From assembly GCA_050309605.1 (NCBI GenBank), contig JBNRMN010000033.1, forward strand, positions 64,001 through 128,000: 64,000 bases of DNA. The letters run 5' to 3'. Numbering within the stretch: position 1 is the first letter of the stretch; each line of letters begins with the position of its first letter. The notes below the pieces were generated by a model that saw only the letters and a program-made list of their open reading frames with translations, ran no database searches and had not been told where the DNA came from. Source of the stretch: Anaerohalosphaeraceae bacterium. Its GTDB lineage: Bacteria > Planctomycetota > Phycisphaerae > Sedimentisphaerales > Anaerohalosphaeraceae. Positions 30,625 through 39,904 of this stretch are shown here, in pieces. The position numbers were made by a program, and so were the translations under genes.

Positions 30625-31539
30625 TTAACGACGGCACAGCAGTTTTTTCAACAGGCCGCGCTGGAAGTGCAGTCGATTTTCGGCCTGATCGAAGATCACC
30701 GAGTTGGGCGATTCGGCCACGCCGTCGGAGATTTCATAACCGCGGTAGGCCGGCAAGCAGTGCATCACCCTGGCCTTGGGCGCATGGTGCATCAGGTTTT
30801 CATCGACGGCAAAGCCCGCAAAATCCCGCACCCGCTTTTCCTTTTCGGCTTCCTGTCCCATACTGACCCAGGTATCGGTATAAATCACATCGGCGCCCTT
30901 GACCGCGGCGGCGGGGTCGTGCGTCTGCTCGGCGCAGCCCGGCCAAATTCGATTGGCCGCGTCGATGGTCTCGGCGTCCAGCTCGTATCCGGGCGGCGAG
31001 GCAATGGCATAGGTCATCTTAAACCTGGCGCAGGCAAACGCCAGCGAACGGGCCACATTGTTGCCGTCGCCGACATAGGTCAGCTTCAGCCCTTCCAGTC
31101 GGCCCAGGTGCTCCTGAATCGTCATCATATCGGCCATTGCCTGGCAGGGATGCGACCAGTCGCTCAGGGCGTTGATCACCGGCACATGGGCCCAGCGATC
31201 CAGTTCAACCAGCGTCTCGTGCGAGAACGTGCGAGCCATAATCCCATCGACATAGCGGGCAAAGACCCGCGCCATATCCTTGGCCGGTTCGCGCTGACCA
31301 ATGACGCCGATGTCTTCGGGCTTCATATACATTGCCATGCCGCCCAGATCATACATCGCGACCTGAAAACTGACGCGCGTCCGCAGACTGGTCTTTTCAA
31401 ACAGCATGGCCAGCACCTTGCCGGCCAGACACAAATCGCGTCCGCCGTTTTTATACAGCTTCTTCAGATCGTGGCTGATCGTCAGCAGCTCATTCAATTG
31501 ATCGGTCGTGCAGTCATTGATGGTCAAAAAGCTTTTCAT
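30625..31539 (-). CDS. argF: Ornithine carbamoyltransferase
   Basis: FEKTSLRTR, HPCQ, GDGNNV, TDTWVSMGQE, HCLP, QAENR. Confidence 0.96.
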   Translation of the reverse strand: MKSFLTINDCTTDQLNELLTISHDLKKLYKNGGRDLCLAGKVLAMLFEKTSLRTRVSFQVAMYDLGGMAMYMKPEDIGVIGQREPAKDMARVFARYVDGIMARTFSHETLVELDRWAHVPVINALSDWSHPCQAMADMMTIQEHLGRLEGLKLTYVGDGNNVARSLAFACARFKMTYAIASPPGYELDAETIDAANRIWPGCAEQTHDPAAAVKGADVIYTDTWVSMGQEAEKEKRVRDFAGFAVDENLMHHAPKARVMHCLPAYRGYEISDGVAESPNSVIFDQAENRLHFQRGLLKKLLCRR

Positions 31540-32723
31540 ATCTGATCTCCTCGGCCGAGCACCTCGTCAAGAATCGCCGTCGCCTGATCAATCTCCTCGG
31601 TCGTTACGATCATCGAGGGCATAAACCGCAGTACGTTTTCCTGTGTGCAATTGATGCGCAGGCCTTTGTCAAGGCAGGCACTGACGATTTCGGCGCCGGG
31701 TGTGGTCAACTGGAGGCCGATCATCAGCCCCTTGCCGCGAATGTGGTCAATGACGGGATATTTGTCTTTGAGCGCCTCGAGTTTGTGCCGGGTGTAATCG
31801 CCCGCCTTGACGGCGTTGTCGAGCAAATTCGCTTCCTCGATGGCTTCGATGACGGCGATGGCCGCTGCGCACGCCAGCGGGTTGCCGCCGAACGTGGAGG
31901 CGTGCGTGCCGGGGGTCAGCGAAGCGGCGATCTGCGGCCGGGCCATCATCGCGCCGATCGCAACCCCGCCGCCGAGGGCTTTGGCCATGGTGATGATGTC
32001 CGGCGTAACCTCATAATGCTGATAGCCGAACCAGCGTCCCGTCCGTCCCAGACCGGTTTGCACCTCGTCGAGAATCATCAATGCGCCGTATTCGTCGCAT
32101 AAATCGCGAATGGTCTGCATATATTCCGGCGTCGCTTCGCGGATGCCGCCTTCGCCCTGAATCGGTTCTATCAGCACCGCCGCCGTTTCCTCACTGAAGG
32201 CCTCATGCAGCGCGTCAATGTCGTTGAACGGCACATAGTCAAACCCCGGCAGCATCGGCAAAAAGCCGTCGTGGTATTTCGGCTGTGCGGTGGCTGTTAC
32301 CGAGGCAAACGTCCGCCCGTGAAAGCCGCGTTCGGCGGTGATGAATTTATACTTTTGTTTCGGGGTGTGCCGTCGTGCCAGTTTCATCGCCGCCTCATTG
32401 GCCTCGGCGCCGCTGTTGCAGAAAAAGCATTTGCCGCCGAAGGCACGCTCGCTGAGCAGTTTGGCCAGTTTTCCCTGCGGAATGTTATAAAACGTGTTGT
32501 CCATATGCAGCAGTTGGCCGGCCTGAGCGCGGATTGCCTCGACGACTTTCGGATGGCAGTGCCCGATGCCGCTGACCGCCCAGCCGGGGAACATATCCAG
32601 AATCTTGTTGCCGTCCAGGTCCCACAGCCAGTTGCCCTGGCCCTGGGTGATGACCCGCGGCAGCCGGCCGTAATTGCCGATGACATACTCGTCAAACAGT
32701 GCGAGAACCTCTTGTGTATTCAT
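31536..32723 (-). CDS. argD: Acetylornithine aminotransferase
   Basis: NSGAEANEAA, FHGRT, EPIQGEGG, DEVQTG, AKALGGG, STFGGNP. Confidence 0.94.
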   Translation of the reverse strand: MNTQEVLALFDEYVIGNYGRLPRVITQGQGNWLWDLDGNKILDMFPGWAVSGIGHCHPKVVEAIRAQAGQLLHMDNTFYNIPQGKLAKLLSERAFGGKCFFCNSGAEANEAAMKLARRHTPKQKYKFITAERGFHGRTFASVTATAQPKYHDGFLPMLPGFDYVPFNDIDALHEAFSEETAAVLIEPIQGEGGIREATPEYMQTIRDLCDEYGALMILDEVQTGLGRTGRWFGYQHYEVTPDIITMAKALGGGVAIGAMMARPQIAASLTPGTHASTFGGNPLACAAAIAVIEAIEEANLLDNAVKAGDYTRHKLEALKDKYPVIDHIRGKGLMIGLQLTTPGAEIVSACLDKGLRINCTQENVLRFMPSMIVTTEEIDQATAILDEVLGRGDQI

Positions 32724-32763
32724 AGCGATTCACCTTTTTTTCGATTATTTATCCTTATCCCGT

Positions 32764-32801
32764 CAACCAACCAACAACGACAAACGACGAACTATCAACT
32801 A
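32764..32801. repeat. Solo run of ~5 degenerate heptamers directly after the argB stop
   Basis: Plus strand CAACCAA CCAACAA CGACAAA CGACGAA CTATCAA CTA. Confidence 0.6.
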
Positions 32802-33677
32802 TTTGGTAATCTGCGTCCCGATGCCTTTGGACGTGTAGATTTCCAGCAGCAGCGAATGCGGAATACGCCCGTCGATGATGTGGGCCTTGCCGGCGCCGCC
32901 GTCCAGAGCGGTCAGGCACGCCTCGACCTTGGGCATCATCCCCGTGGTGATGGTTCCGTTATGAATCATCTCGACGATTTCTGCCTCGCTGAGGCTTGAA
33001 ATCCAGCTTTCCGGGTCGTCAATCTTACGTCGAATGCCGTGCGTGTCGCTGAGGACGACCAGTTTCTCGGCCTGGACGGCTGCGGCAATGTGCCCGGCCA
33101 CGCTGTCGGCATTGACATTGAGTTTGCCTCCGGCGGTTTTGGACCGGGCCACCGGGGCGATGACCGGAATCACGCCGCTCTGGCACAAGGTCGTCAATAA
33201 TTCGCCGTTGACATCGGCCACTTTGCCGACCAGCCCCAAATCCAGCTTTCGGCCGTCGTTGTTTTCAAGACGCAGCGGCTCGGCAAAGACCACGCAACTG
33301 CTCAGCGAGTGCAGCCCCATGGCCTTGCAGCCGAACTCATTAAGCGTCTGGCAGATTGGCTTGTTCAAGGCGTTGACCAGCGTATGTTCGGCGATGGTCA
33401 AGGTGCGTTCATCCGTATAGCGGCGTCCCTGCACCCAGACCGGTTCCAGACCCGCCTCGTTCATCGCCGCGGTGATGGCCTTGCCGCCGCCGTGCACCAA
33501 AATCGGACGCATCCCGACCGTGGACATAAAGACCACATCCTGCAGCAGATTGCGGCGAAGCTGCTGGTCATCCAGGATACTGCCGCCCAGCTTGATGACG
33601 ACCCGTTTGCCCTTAAAGTTCCGGATATACTCCATCGCCTCAATTAGGGCGCGGGCTTTTTCAATTGCCTGTTCCAT
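32799..33677 (-). CDS. argB: Acetylglutamate kinase
   Basis: VIKLGGS, VHGGG, NVNAD, GMMPKV, IIDGR. Confidence 0.96.
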   Translation of the reverse strand: MEQAIEKARALIEAMEYIRNFKGKRVVIKLGGSILDDQQLRRNLLQDVVFMSTVGMRPILVHGGGKAITAAMNEAGLEPVWVQGRRYTDERTLTIAEHTLVNALNKPICQTLNEFGCKAMGLHSLSSCVVFAEPLRLENNDGRKLDLGLVGKVADVNGELLTTLCQSGVIPVIAPVARSKTAGGKLNVNADSVAGHIAAAVQAEKLVVLSDTHGIRRKIDDPESWISSLSEAEIVEMIHNGTITTGMMPKVEACLTALDGGAGKAHIIDGRIPHSLLLEIYTSKGIGTQITK

Positions 33678-33811
33678 AGCGGACCACTCCGGGGGCTAAC
33701 CCCATAAAAAACAACAACTTAACAAGCTCGCCGCACACTGTGTTCGGGGGAAAAAACCGTCTTTGGCGGCCTGCTGGTTTGACCGGCTGTGTCGAACCTG
33801 AAATACAAAAA

Positions 33812-33883
33812 AGCCAACGAAGGGAATCGAACCCTTAACCGCTGGTTTACAAAACCAGTGCTCTACCGTTGAGCTACGTTGGC
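33812..33883 (-). tRNA. tRNA-Thr(TGT), CCA not encoded
   Basis: GCCAACGTAGCTCAACGGTAGAGCACTGGTTTTGTAAACCAGCGGTTAAGGGTTCGATTCCCTTCGTTGGCT folds as a cloverleaf; anticodon TGT. Confidence 0.96.
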
Positions 33884-34159
33884 ATAAGTTTCTATTTTAT
33901 AAAGACTTAAGCGTTTTTCCGTGCAGTGTAAGCAACCGCTCTCTTGTCAAAGAACGCAAACAAAAAAAGTCGGAAAGCCTGTTCCGACCCACCCCCGCTT
34001 ACTTTACATAAAGCAGGCGGAATTTGCAAAAAAAATTGGTCAAATTTCATTATTTTGGCGGCGACAACTACGCGGTCAAGGGCCGCAGCAGAATCGAAAT
34101 AGATTCCTTTGAAAAGGGCTTGCCGGCGGATTCGTCGGCACGTTGTCCGCGACTTGGCG

Positions 34160-35323
34160 CTATGTAGCGCCGAAGCGTTTTCGGTAGGCAAGCGGGGTCA
34201 TTCCCGCGGCCTGCTTAAAGTAGCGGGACAGGTGGTTGGCGCTGAAGTAGCCCAGTTTTGTCGCGATTTGCGAGATCGGCATATCGGTTTTGCGCAGCAT
34301 ATTGGCGATCCGCTCGGTGCGAACGCGTTTGATTTCCTGATGTACGCTGCGGCCGAGAATGCGAATGAATTTTTCGTGCAGCAGCCGCTGACAGCACGTC
34401 ACCTCGTTCATCACATCGGCAATCTGGATCAGTTGGTTGGCCTGCTGACGGATAAACCGCACCGCCGCGGCCACGTCGGCGTCCTCAATTGCCAAACTGT
34501 CCGTCGAGGCCCGCACTTCAATATGAGAAGGCCGAACCGTGATGACGGTATCCTGTGCTGCTTGACCGGCCATCAATTGATCCAGCAGCTCGGCTGCCTC
34601 ATAGCCGGCCGCGTCAAAATCCAGCGCAATACTCGACAGCGGCGGATCGGATAAATCACACACCATATCATCGTTATCGACCCCGATCAGTGCGATGGTT
34701 TCGGGAATCTTGATGTCGGCCATTGTGCAGGCTTCTACGATATGCTGACAGCAGTCATCGGCGCAGGCCATCAATCCGACCGGAGCGGGCAGCGACCGGA
34801 GCCAATCGGTCAGCCGGCGCAGCTCCTTTTGCAAAGCGGTCTTGATCCGCTGCGGATTCAGCTCAAAATACGCCGCCGAATAGCCCCGCCGGCGCAGGGT
34901 CTGCTCAAAACTGTCATAACGCCGAACGGACCAGTAATAATCGCCCATCCCGCAATAGGCAAAATGGGAAAAGCCCAACCCCATCAAATGTTCGGCGGCC
35001 ATAACGCCGATCTGCTGCACATCTCCGACGATCATCGGCGCCGCGTAGCGGTCGGTCTTGAAGGTATGAATCAGTGTCGGCTTTCCCAGCCGCATAATCC
35101 CTTCGATTTTTTCCGTATCCGAGACGATAATCCCGTCCGGATCGAAATCCCTGATTTGGGTGATGGACAGGCCGCCGCGATTGGATTTGAGGTAGAACCT
35201 GGGCTTGCGATAAAACGCCCATGGTCCGTGCAGATGCGCATAGCGGGCCACGCCGCGAAGAAACTCCCGCTCACATGTGCGCGCCGGCTCAAGCAGCAAA
35301 ACGATTTTTTGAATTCGTGCCAT
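34160..35323 (-). CDS. XylR-type regulator (periplasmic-binding-protein-like sensor + AraC HTH)
   Basis: LRGVARYA, IGVDNDDMVCDLSDPPLSSI, C-terminal AraC HTH GYFSANHLSRYFK..GMTPLAYR. Confidence 0.92.
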   Translation of the reverse strand: MARIQKIVLLLEPARTCEREFLRGVARYAHLHGPWAFYRKPRFYLKSNRGGLSITQIRDFDPDGIIVSDTEKIEGIMRLGKPTLIHTFKTDRYAAPMIVGDVQQIGVMAAEHLMGLGFSHFAYCGMGDYYWSVRRYDSFEQTLRRRGYSAAYFELNPQRIKTALQKELRRLTDWLRSLPAPVGLMACADDCCQHIVEACTMADIKIPETIALIGVDNDDMVCDLSDPPLSSIALDFDAAGYEAAELLDQLMAGQAAQDTVITVRPSHIEVRASTDSLAIEDADVAAAVRFIRQQANQLIQIADVMNEVTCCQRLLHEKFIRILGRSVHQEIKRVRTERIANMLRKTDMPISQIATKLGYFSANHLSRYFKQAAGMTPLAYRKRFGAT

Positions 35324-35386
35324 TTGTTAACCAAAGCGACCTGATTAGTCGAGGCCGGTCAAATTACAACTATGATGTAGTGTATG

Positions 35387-35417
35387 CAAAAAATGGCGAA
35401 AAATAAACAAAAAATGG
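35387..35417. promoter_or_regulatory. Candidate AraC/XylR operator: CAAAAAATGG direct repeat, 21-bp spacing
   Basis: Copies at 35387 and 35408 in the divergent regulator/operon intergenic region. Confidence 0.6.
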
Positions 35418-35506
35418 TATTTTTTTCCGAGCTGCTTTCGTTACTATAGGGCGCGTACTGAATACGCCGGACCTCCGTTACTACATAAACTACAGGAGTA
35501 TCGAGA

Positions 35507-36520
35507 ATGCGAATCGCAGTGGTGGGCTTTGGATTTATGGGCAGGATGCACTTTGCCAACTGGAGTCGTTGTGAAGGCATCGAAATCGCGGCGATTTGTG
35601 AGCAAAACCCCGACGTCCTGAACCGTCTGGACAAGCCCGTCGGCAATATCGACGGCCTGCCTGACTCCATCGATCTGAGCCAAATCAAGCGGTACACCGA
35701 TCTATCTGAGATGCTTGCCTCCGAGCGTCTGGACGCGGTATCGATCACGCTGCCGACGCATTTGCACGCCGCCAGTTCCATCCAGGCCCTGGACGCCGGC
35801 GTCCACGTCCTGTGCGAAAAGCCAATGGCCCTGACGCTGGACGAGTGCGACCGCATGATAGCCGCCGCCCGCCGCAGCGGCAAACACTTGATGATCGGCC
35901 ACTGTATCCGCTTCTGGCCCGAATACGTCAAGGCCAAGGAACTGATCGACAGCGGACAGTACGGCGGTGTGTTGGCCGCGTCTTTTCGACGGTTCACTGC
36001 TGCGCCGACCTGGAGCAGCGACAATTGGCTGACTGATGACCGGCGCAGCGGGGGGATGCCGCTGGATTTGCACATTCACGATACGGATTTTATTCATTAT
36101 CTCTTCGGCCTGCCGGCGGCGGTATGCAGCCATGCCGCCCTGAAAGACGGCGGTATCGTCCATATTCAGACGCACTATGACTACGGCGATAAGCGGGCTA
36201 TCGGCGCCGAAGCCAGTTGGCTTGCGACCCCGTCGTTTGGTTTTCAGATGGGCTTTGAACTGTTACTTGAGCAGGCCACTGTTGTGTACGACTGTACGCG
36301 GCAGCCGGCCTTTCGCCTTTGTCCGGCTGACGGACAGCCATTTACCCCGCAGACCGCCGACGGCGACGGCTATGCCCATGAAATCGCCTATTTTGCCGCT
36401 CTGATTCAGGGCAAAACAACCGCACACGTTCTGACCCCGGCCCAGTCGCGCGATTCGGTTCGGCTCATCGAGGCCGAACGCCGTTCAGCAGCCGAAGGCC
36501 GGCGGATCGAAATCCCATAA
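35507..36520 (+). CDS. Gfo/Idh/MocA family oxidoreductase (no signal peptide)
   Basis: GFGFMG, HVLCEKPMA, DLHIHD. Confidence 0.92.
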   Translation: MRIAVVGFGFMGRMHFANWSRCEGIEIAAICEQNPDVLNRLDKPVGNIDGLPDSIDLSQIKRYTDLSEMLASERLDAVSITLPTHLHAASSIQALDAGVHVLCEKPMALTLDECDRMIAAARRSGKHLMIGHCIRFWPEYVKAKELIDSGQYGGVLAASFRRFTAAPTWSSDNWLTDDRRSGGMPLDLHIHDTDFIHYLFGLPAAVCSHAALKDGGIVHIQTHYDYGDKRAIGAEASWLATPSFGFQMGFELLLEQATVVYDCTRQPAFRLCPADGQPFTPQTADGDGYAHEIAYFAALIQGKTTAHVLTPAQSRDSVRLIEAERRSAAEGRRIEIP

Positions 36521-36554
36521 ACGAAAATGATAACGACAAGTTCAGGAGATGGTT

Positions 36555-37379
36555 ATGGCTCAATGCGGACCCTGGCCCATTGGCGTATGCAGTTGGTCGC
36601 TTCAGCGGAATATCCCCGGCGTGGTCGAAGCGATGCACAAACTGGACATTGATCACGTTCATCTGGATGTCGGCCCGGCCTGCGAGGATGACTCCGATTC
36701 GTATATTGATCTGGTTCAGCAGGGCAATTGGACGATCAGCTCGACGATGATCGGCTTTGCTCAGGAAGATTACTCCACGCTCGAGGCCATCAAGCAAACC
36801 GGCGGTATCGTGCCGGACGACTGTTGGGATGTCAACCGTCAACGCTTCCTGAAAGCCATCGAGGTCACCGCGGCTCTGGGCGTGAACTACCTGTCGTCGC
36901 ATTTCGGCTTTCTGGATATGTCCGATCCGGCCTACGCCGACAAGCTGATCCAGCGCGTTGGCCTGCTGGCCGATGCCGCCGCGGCGCACAACGTCGTCTT
37001 GCTGATGGAAACCGGTCAGGAATGCGCCGACGAATTAAAAGCGTTTCTGGAGAAATTGAACCATTCGGCCCTCGGCGTCAACTTTGACCCGGCCAATATG
37101 ATCCTGTATAATATGGGCGACCCGCTGGACGGCGTTCGAACCCTTGCTCCCTGGGTCAAGCACGTTCACATTAAAGACGCGGTTCGAGCCGATCAGCCCG
37201 GCACCTGGGGGCAGGAAGTGGTCTGGGCAGACGGACAGGTCGGTGCTGAACATTTCTTAAAGACGCTGCGGGAAATCAACTACACCGGCGTCTTGGCGAT
37301 TGAACGCGAGGGCGGGCAGGACCGCTTCGGCGACATTAAAACCGCCGTCGGGCGGCTCAAATCCTTTGCCGCAGCCTGA
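36555..37379 (+). CDS. Sugar phosphate isomerase/epimerase (xylose isomerase-like TIM barrel)
   Basis: METGQE, NFDPANM, HVHIKD, IERE. Confidence 0.9.
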   Translation: MAQCGPWPIGVCSWSLQRNIPGVVEAMHKLDIDHVHLDVGPACEDDSDSYIDLVQQGNWTISSTMIGFAQEDYSTLEAIKQTGGIVPDDCWDVNRQRFLKAIEVTAALGVNYLSSHFGFLDMSDPAYADKLIQRVGLLADAAAAHNVVLLMETGQECADELKAFLEKLNHSALGVNFDPANMILYNMGDPLDGVRTLAPWVKHVHIKDAVRADQPGTWGQEVVWADGQVGAEHFLKTLREINYTGVLAIEREGGQDRFGDIKTAVGRLKSFAAA

Positions 37380-37437
37380 TATGCTCAATAACAACGGGCA
37401 CACAACCGACAACACAACTTAAAACGGAGATGCAGCG

Positions 37438-38592
37438 ATGGTACAATTAACGGCGTTAATGGGAGCATTCGGCGTGGGGATGTGTTTTTCCTTTTTGGGA
37501 GCGATCAGCGTCAAGCTGATGCCCCGCCTGAATATCGACACCGGCCGGTTCGGCTCACTGGTCTCGGCCCTGATGATTACCGCGGTAATCTCGTCTATTC
37601 TGGTCGGGCTGGGTATTGACACCTGGGGGCACAAGATCTTTGCGATTATCGGGTTTTTAATCACCGGAGCCTCTATCTTGACAGTCGCACGAAGCAAGTC
37701 ATTCAACACCGTCTTTGTGGCCTGTTTGTTTCTCGGCGTCGGTGCGATGTGTATGAGCAATGTCGGCAACACCCTGATGCCCGTGGTGCTCTTTGACGGG
37801 CAAAATCCCGCCGCCGCATTGAACCTCGGCAATGTCGCGTTCGGGCTGGGGTTGTTTTTGACGCCCTTTATCGTCAGTTTTCTGTTCCAGAAGACCAGTT
37901 TTGAAAACGCCGTTTCCGTCTTGGCTGCGATCGCGGTCATTCCGGTGCTGTTTGCCTTTTTGGGCCAAGATTTCCCCAAGGCTCCGCTGGGATTCAGTCT
38001 TTCTGATGCAGCGGGTTTGTTATTGAATCCGGTGGTCATTTTCACCGCCCTGGCGCTGTTTTGCTATATTAGTTTGGAGTCGTCTTTTTCCAATTGGATT
38101 GCGCCTTACGCCAAGCAGGTCATTTCCAAAGACTTTCCCTCGCTGGCGGAAACGACGGTGGACGCTACCAGTCAGCAGATGCTGTCCATTTTTGCGATTG
38201 CGATGATGGTGGGTCGTTTGCTGGCCAGTCAGATCGCAGCCGTGGAACAGCATAGCGCTGTTTCGGTCATCATTCTGGCGGTGGCCGCCGGCGGCGTGGT
38301 GTTCGCAATGACTCGCGGCGGGGCGATGTGGTCGGCGCTGCTGGTGGCCTGTGGCGGACTGACATTCTCGGCCATTTTTCCCACCATCGTAGCGATTGCA
38401 TACAATCGGCACGCGGACAATTTCAGCACGGTCTTCGGAATTATTTTTGCTGTTGGGCTGCTCGGCGCGGTCATCGTCCCCAAAACCATCGGCAATCTCG
38501 CTCGCGGAATGACGGTTCAGAAAAGTCTCCGACTGCTGCTTCCGATTTGTGCGGTGCTGGTGATATTGGCGCTGATTCTCAAAGTGATGTAA
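37438..38592 (+). CDS. MFS transporter
   Basis: About 12 hydrophobic segments, GLGIDTWGHK loop motif, AIFPT. Confidence 0.88.
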   Translation: MVQLTALMGAFGVGMCFSFLGAISVKLMPRLNIDTGRFGSLVSALMITAVISSILVGLGIDTWGHKIFAIIGFLITGASILTVARSKSFNTVFVACLFLGVGAMCMSNVGNTLMPVVLFDGQNPAAALNLGNVAFGLGLFLTPFIVSFLFQKTSFENAVSVLAAIAVIPVLFAFLGQDFPKAPLGFSLSDAAGLLLNPVVIFTALALFCYISLESSFSNWIAPYAKQVISKDFPSLAETTVDATSQQMLSIFAIAMMVGRLLASQIAAVEQHSAVSVIILAVAAGGVVFAMTRGGAMWSALLVACGGLTFSAIFPTIVAIAYNRHADNFSTVFGIIFAVGLLGAVIVPKTIGNLARGMTVQKSLRLLLPICAVLVILALILKVM

Positions 38593-38621
38593 TCCCTCGT
38601 TCCTGAATGAAAGAGATTCCA

Positions 38622-39890
38622 ATGAGCCATCTGAATCTGACACGACGCGGTTTTTTGCGGGCAGCCGGCGGTGCGGCGACGGCCTTTACGATTGTGCCGC
38701 GTTCGGTTCTGGGCGGCAACGGTATCACGCCGCCCAGTGAGCAATTGACCAAAGCTGTCATCGGTGTCGGCGGGATGGGACAGGGACACCTGACCTATCC
38801 GGGCGCCAAACTGCTGGCGATCTGCGATGTGGATCGAAACCACCTGACACGCACGCTGGCCAAGTGCGGGCCGGATGTCAAAGGCTATCATGATTTTCGC
38901 GAGGTACTCAGCCGCGATGACATTGACATTGTCCACATCGTCACGCCCCCGCACTGGCACGGCCTGATGGCGGTGGCCGCCGCGCAGGCCGGCAAAGACA
39001 TCTGGTGCGAAAAACCCATGACCCGCACCATCGGCGAAGGCGTCAAGGTCGTTCAGGCGGTGCAGCGGCATGGACGCATCTTTCGGCTGAATACCTGGTT
39101 TCGCTTTCAAAGCAACTTTTACGGGTTCGGCCCGACCGTCAGACCCATCAAAAAACTGGTGCAAAGCGGCATGCTCGGCTGGCCGCTGAAGGTCACCGTC
39201 AATGCGGCCACCGGTTTTGACTGGAAGTTTGGCTGGTCCGGTCGGACGAACCTGCCAGAAATGCCCGTCCCCGACGAGTTGGATTATGACCTCTGGCTCG
39301 GGCCGGCCCCGTTCAAGCCCTATCATCCCCACCGTGTTCACAGTTCATTTCGCGGCTACTGGGATTATGACGGCGGCGGTCTGGGCGATATGGGACAGCA
39401 TTATCTCGATCCGGTGCAGTATCTTCTCGACAAAGATCACACCAGCCCCGTCCAGATCGAAGCCGATGCCCCCCCGCAGCACCCCGACGCCGTCGGCAGC
39501 TGGCGTCGAATCCGGATGAAGTACGCCGACGGCTGCGAAATCATCCTCGATGGTGAGAATAAAGACGTCAACGCCGCTTACATCGAAGGCCCCGAAGGCA
39601 AACTCTATCGCGGATTTCGTTCGGATATTCCCAACGTCGAAGCCAAATTAGCCCAATTTCCCGAACCGGCGCCGCAGTTGACCGATTTTGCCCAGGCCGT
39701 CCGACAGCGAAAGCCCTTTGCCCTGAACGAACAGAACGCCCATCGGAGCTGCACCCTGGTCAATCTCGGCAAGATTGCCCTGCGGCTTCAGCGGCCGCTG
39801 CGGTTTGATCCCGACAAGCAGGAATTTATCAACGATCCGCAGGCCAATCGGCTGATCCATCAGCCGATGCGCAGCCCGTGGCGGATATAA
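38622..39890 (+). CDS. Tat-exported Gfo/Idh/MocA oxidoreductase
   Basis: TRRGFL twin-arginine signal, GVGGMG, TPPHWH, CEKP, WLGPAP, DMGQHYLD. Confidence 0.92.
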   Translation: MSHLNLTRRGFLRAAGGAATAFTIVPRSVLGGNGITPPSEQLTKAVIGVGGMGQGHLTYPGAKLLAICDVDRNHLTRTLAKCGPDVKGYHDFREVLSRDDIDIVHIVTPPHWHGLMAVAAAQAGKDIWCEKPMTRTIGEGVKVVQAVQRHGRIFRLNTWFRFQSNFYGFGPTVRPIKKLVQSGMLGWPLKVTVNAATGFDWKFGWSGRTNLPEMPVPDELDYDLWLGPAPFKPYHPHRVHSSFRGYWDYDGGGLGDMGQHYLDPVQYLLDKDHTSPVQIEADAPPQHPDAVGSWRRIRMKYADGCEIILDGENKDVNAAYIEGPEGKLYRGFRSDIPNVEAKLAQFPEPAPQLTDFAQAVRQRKPFALNEQNAHRSCTLVNLGKIALRLQRPLRFDPDKQEFINDPQANRLIHQPMRSPWRI

Positions 39891-39904
39891 CGGAGACACG
39901 ATCC

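Noticed and set aside
33812..33883. tRNA-Thr as the integration site of a genomic island
   Set aside because: No integrase and no duplicated tRNA 3' end were seen; the accessory sugar genes lie on the tRNA's 5' side.
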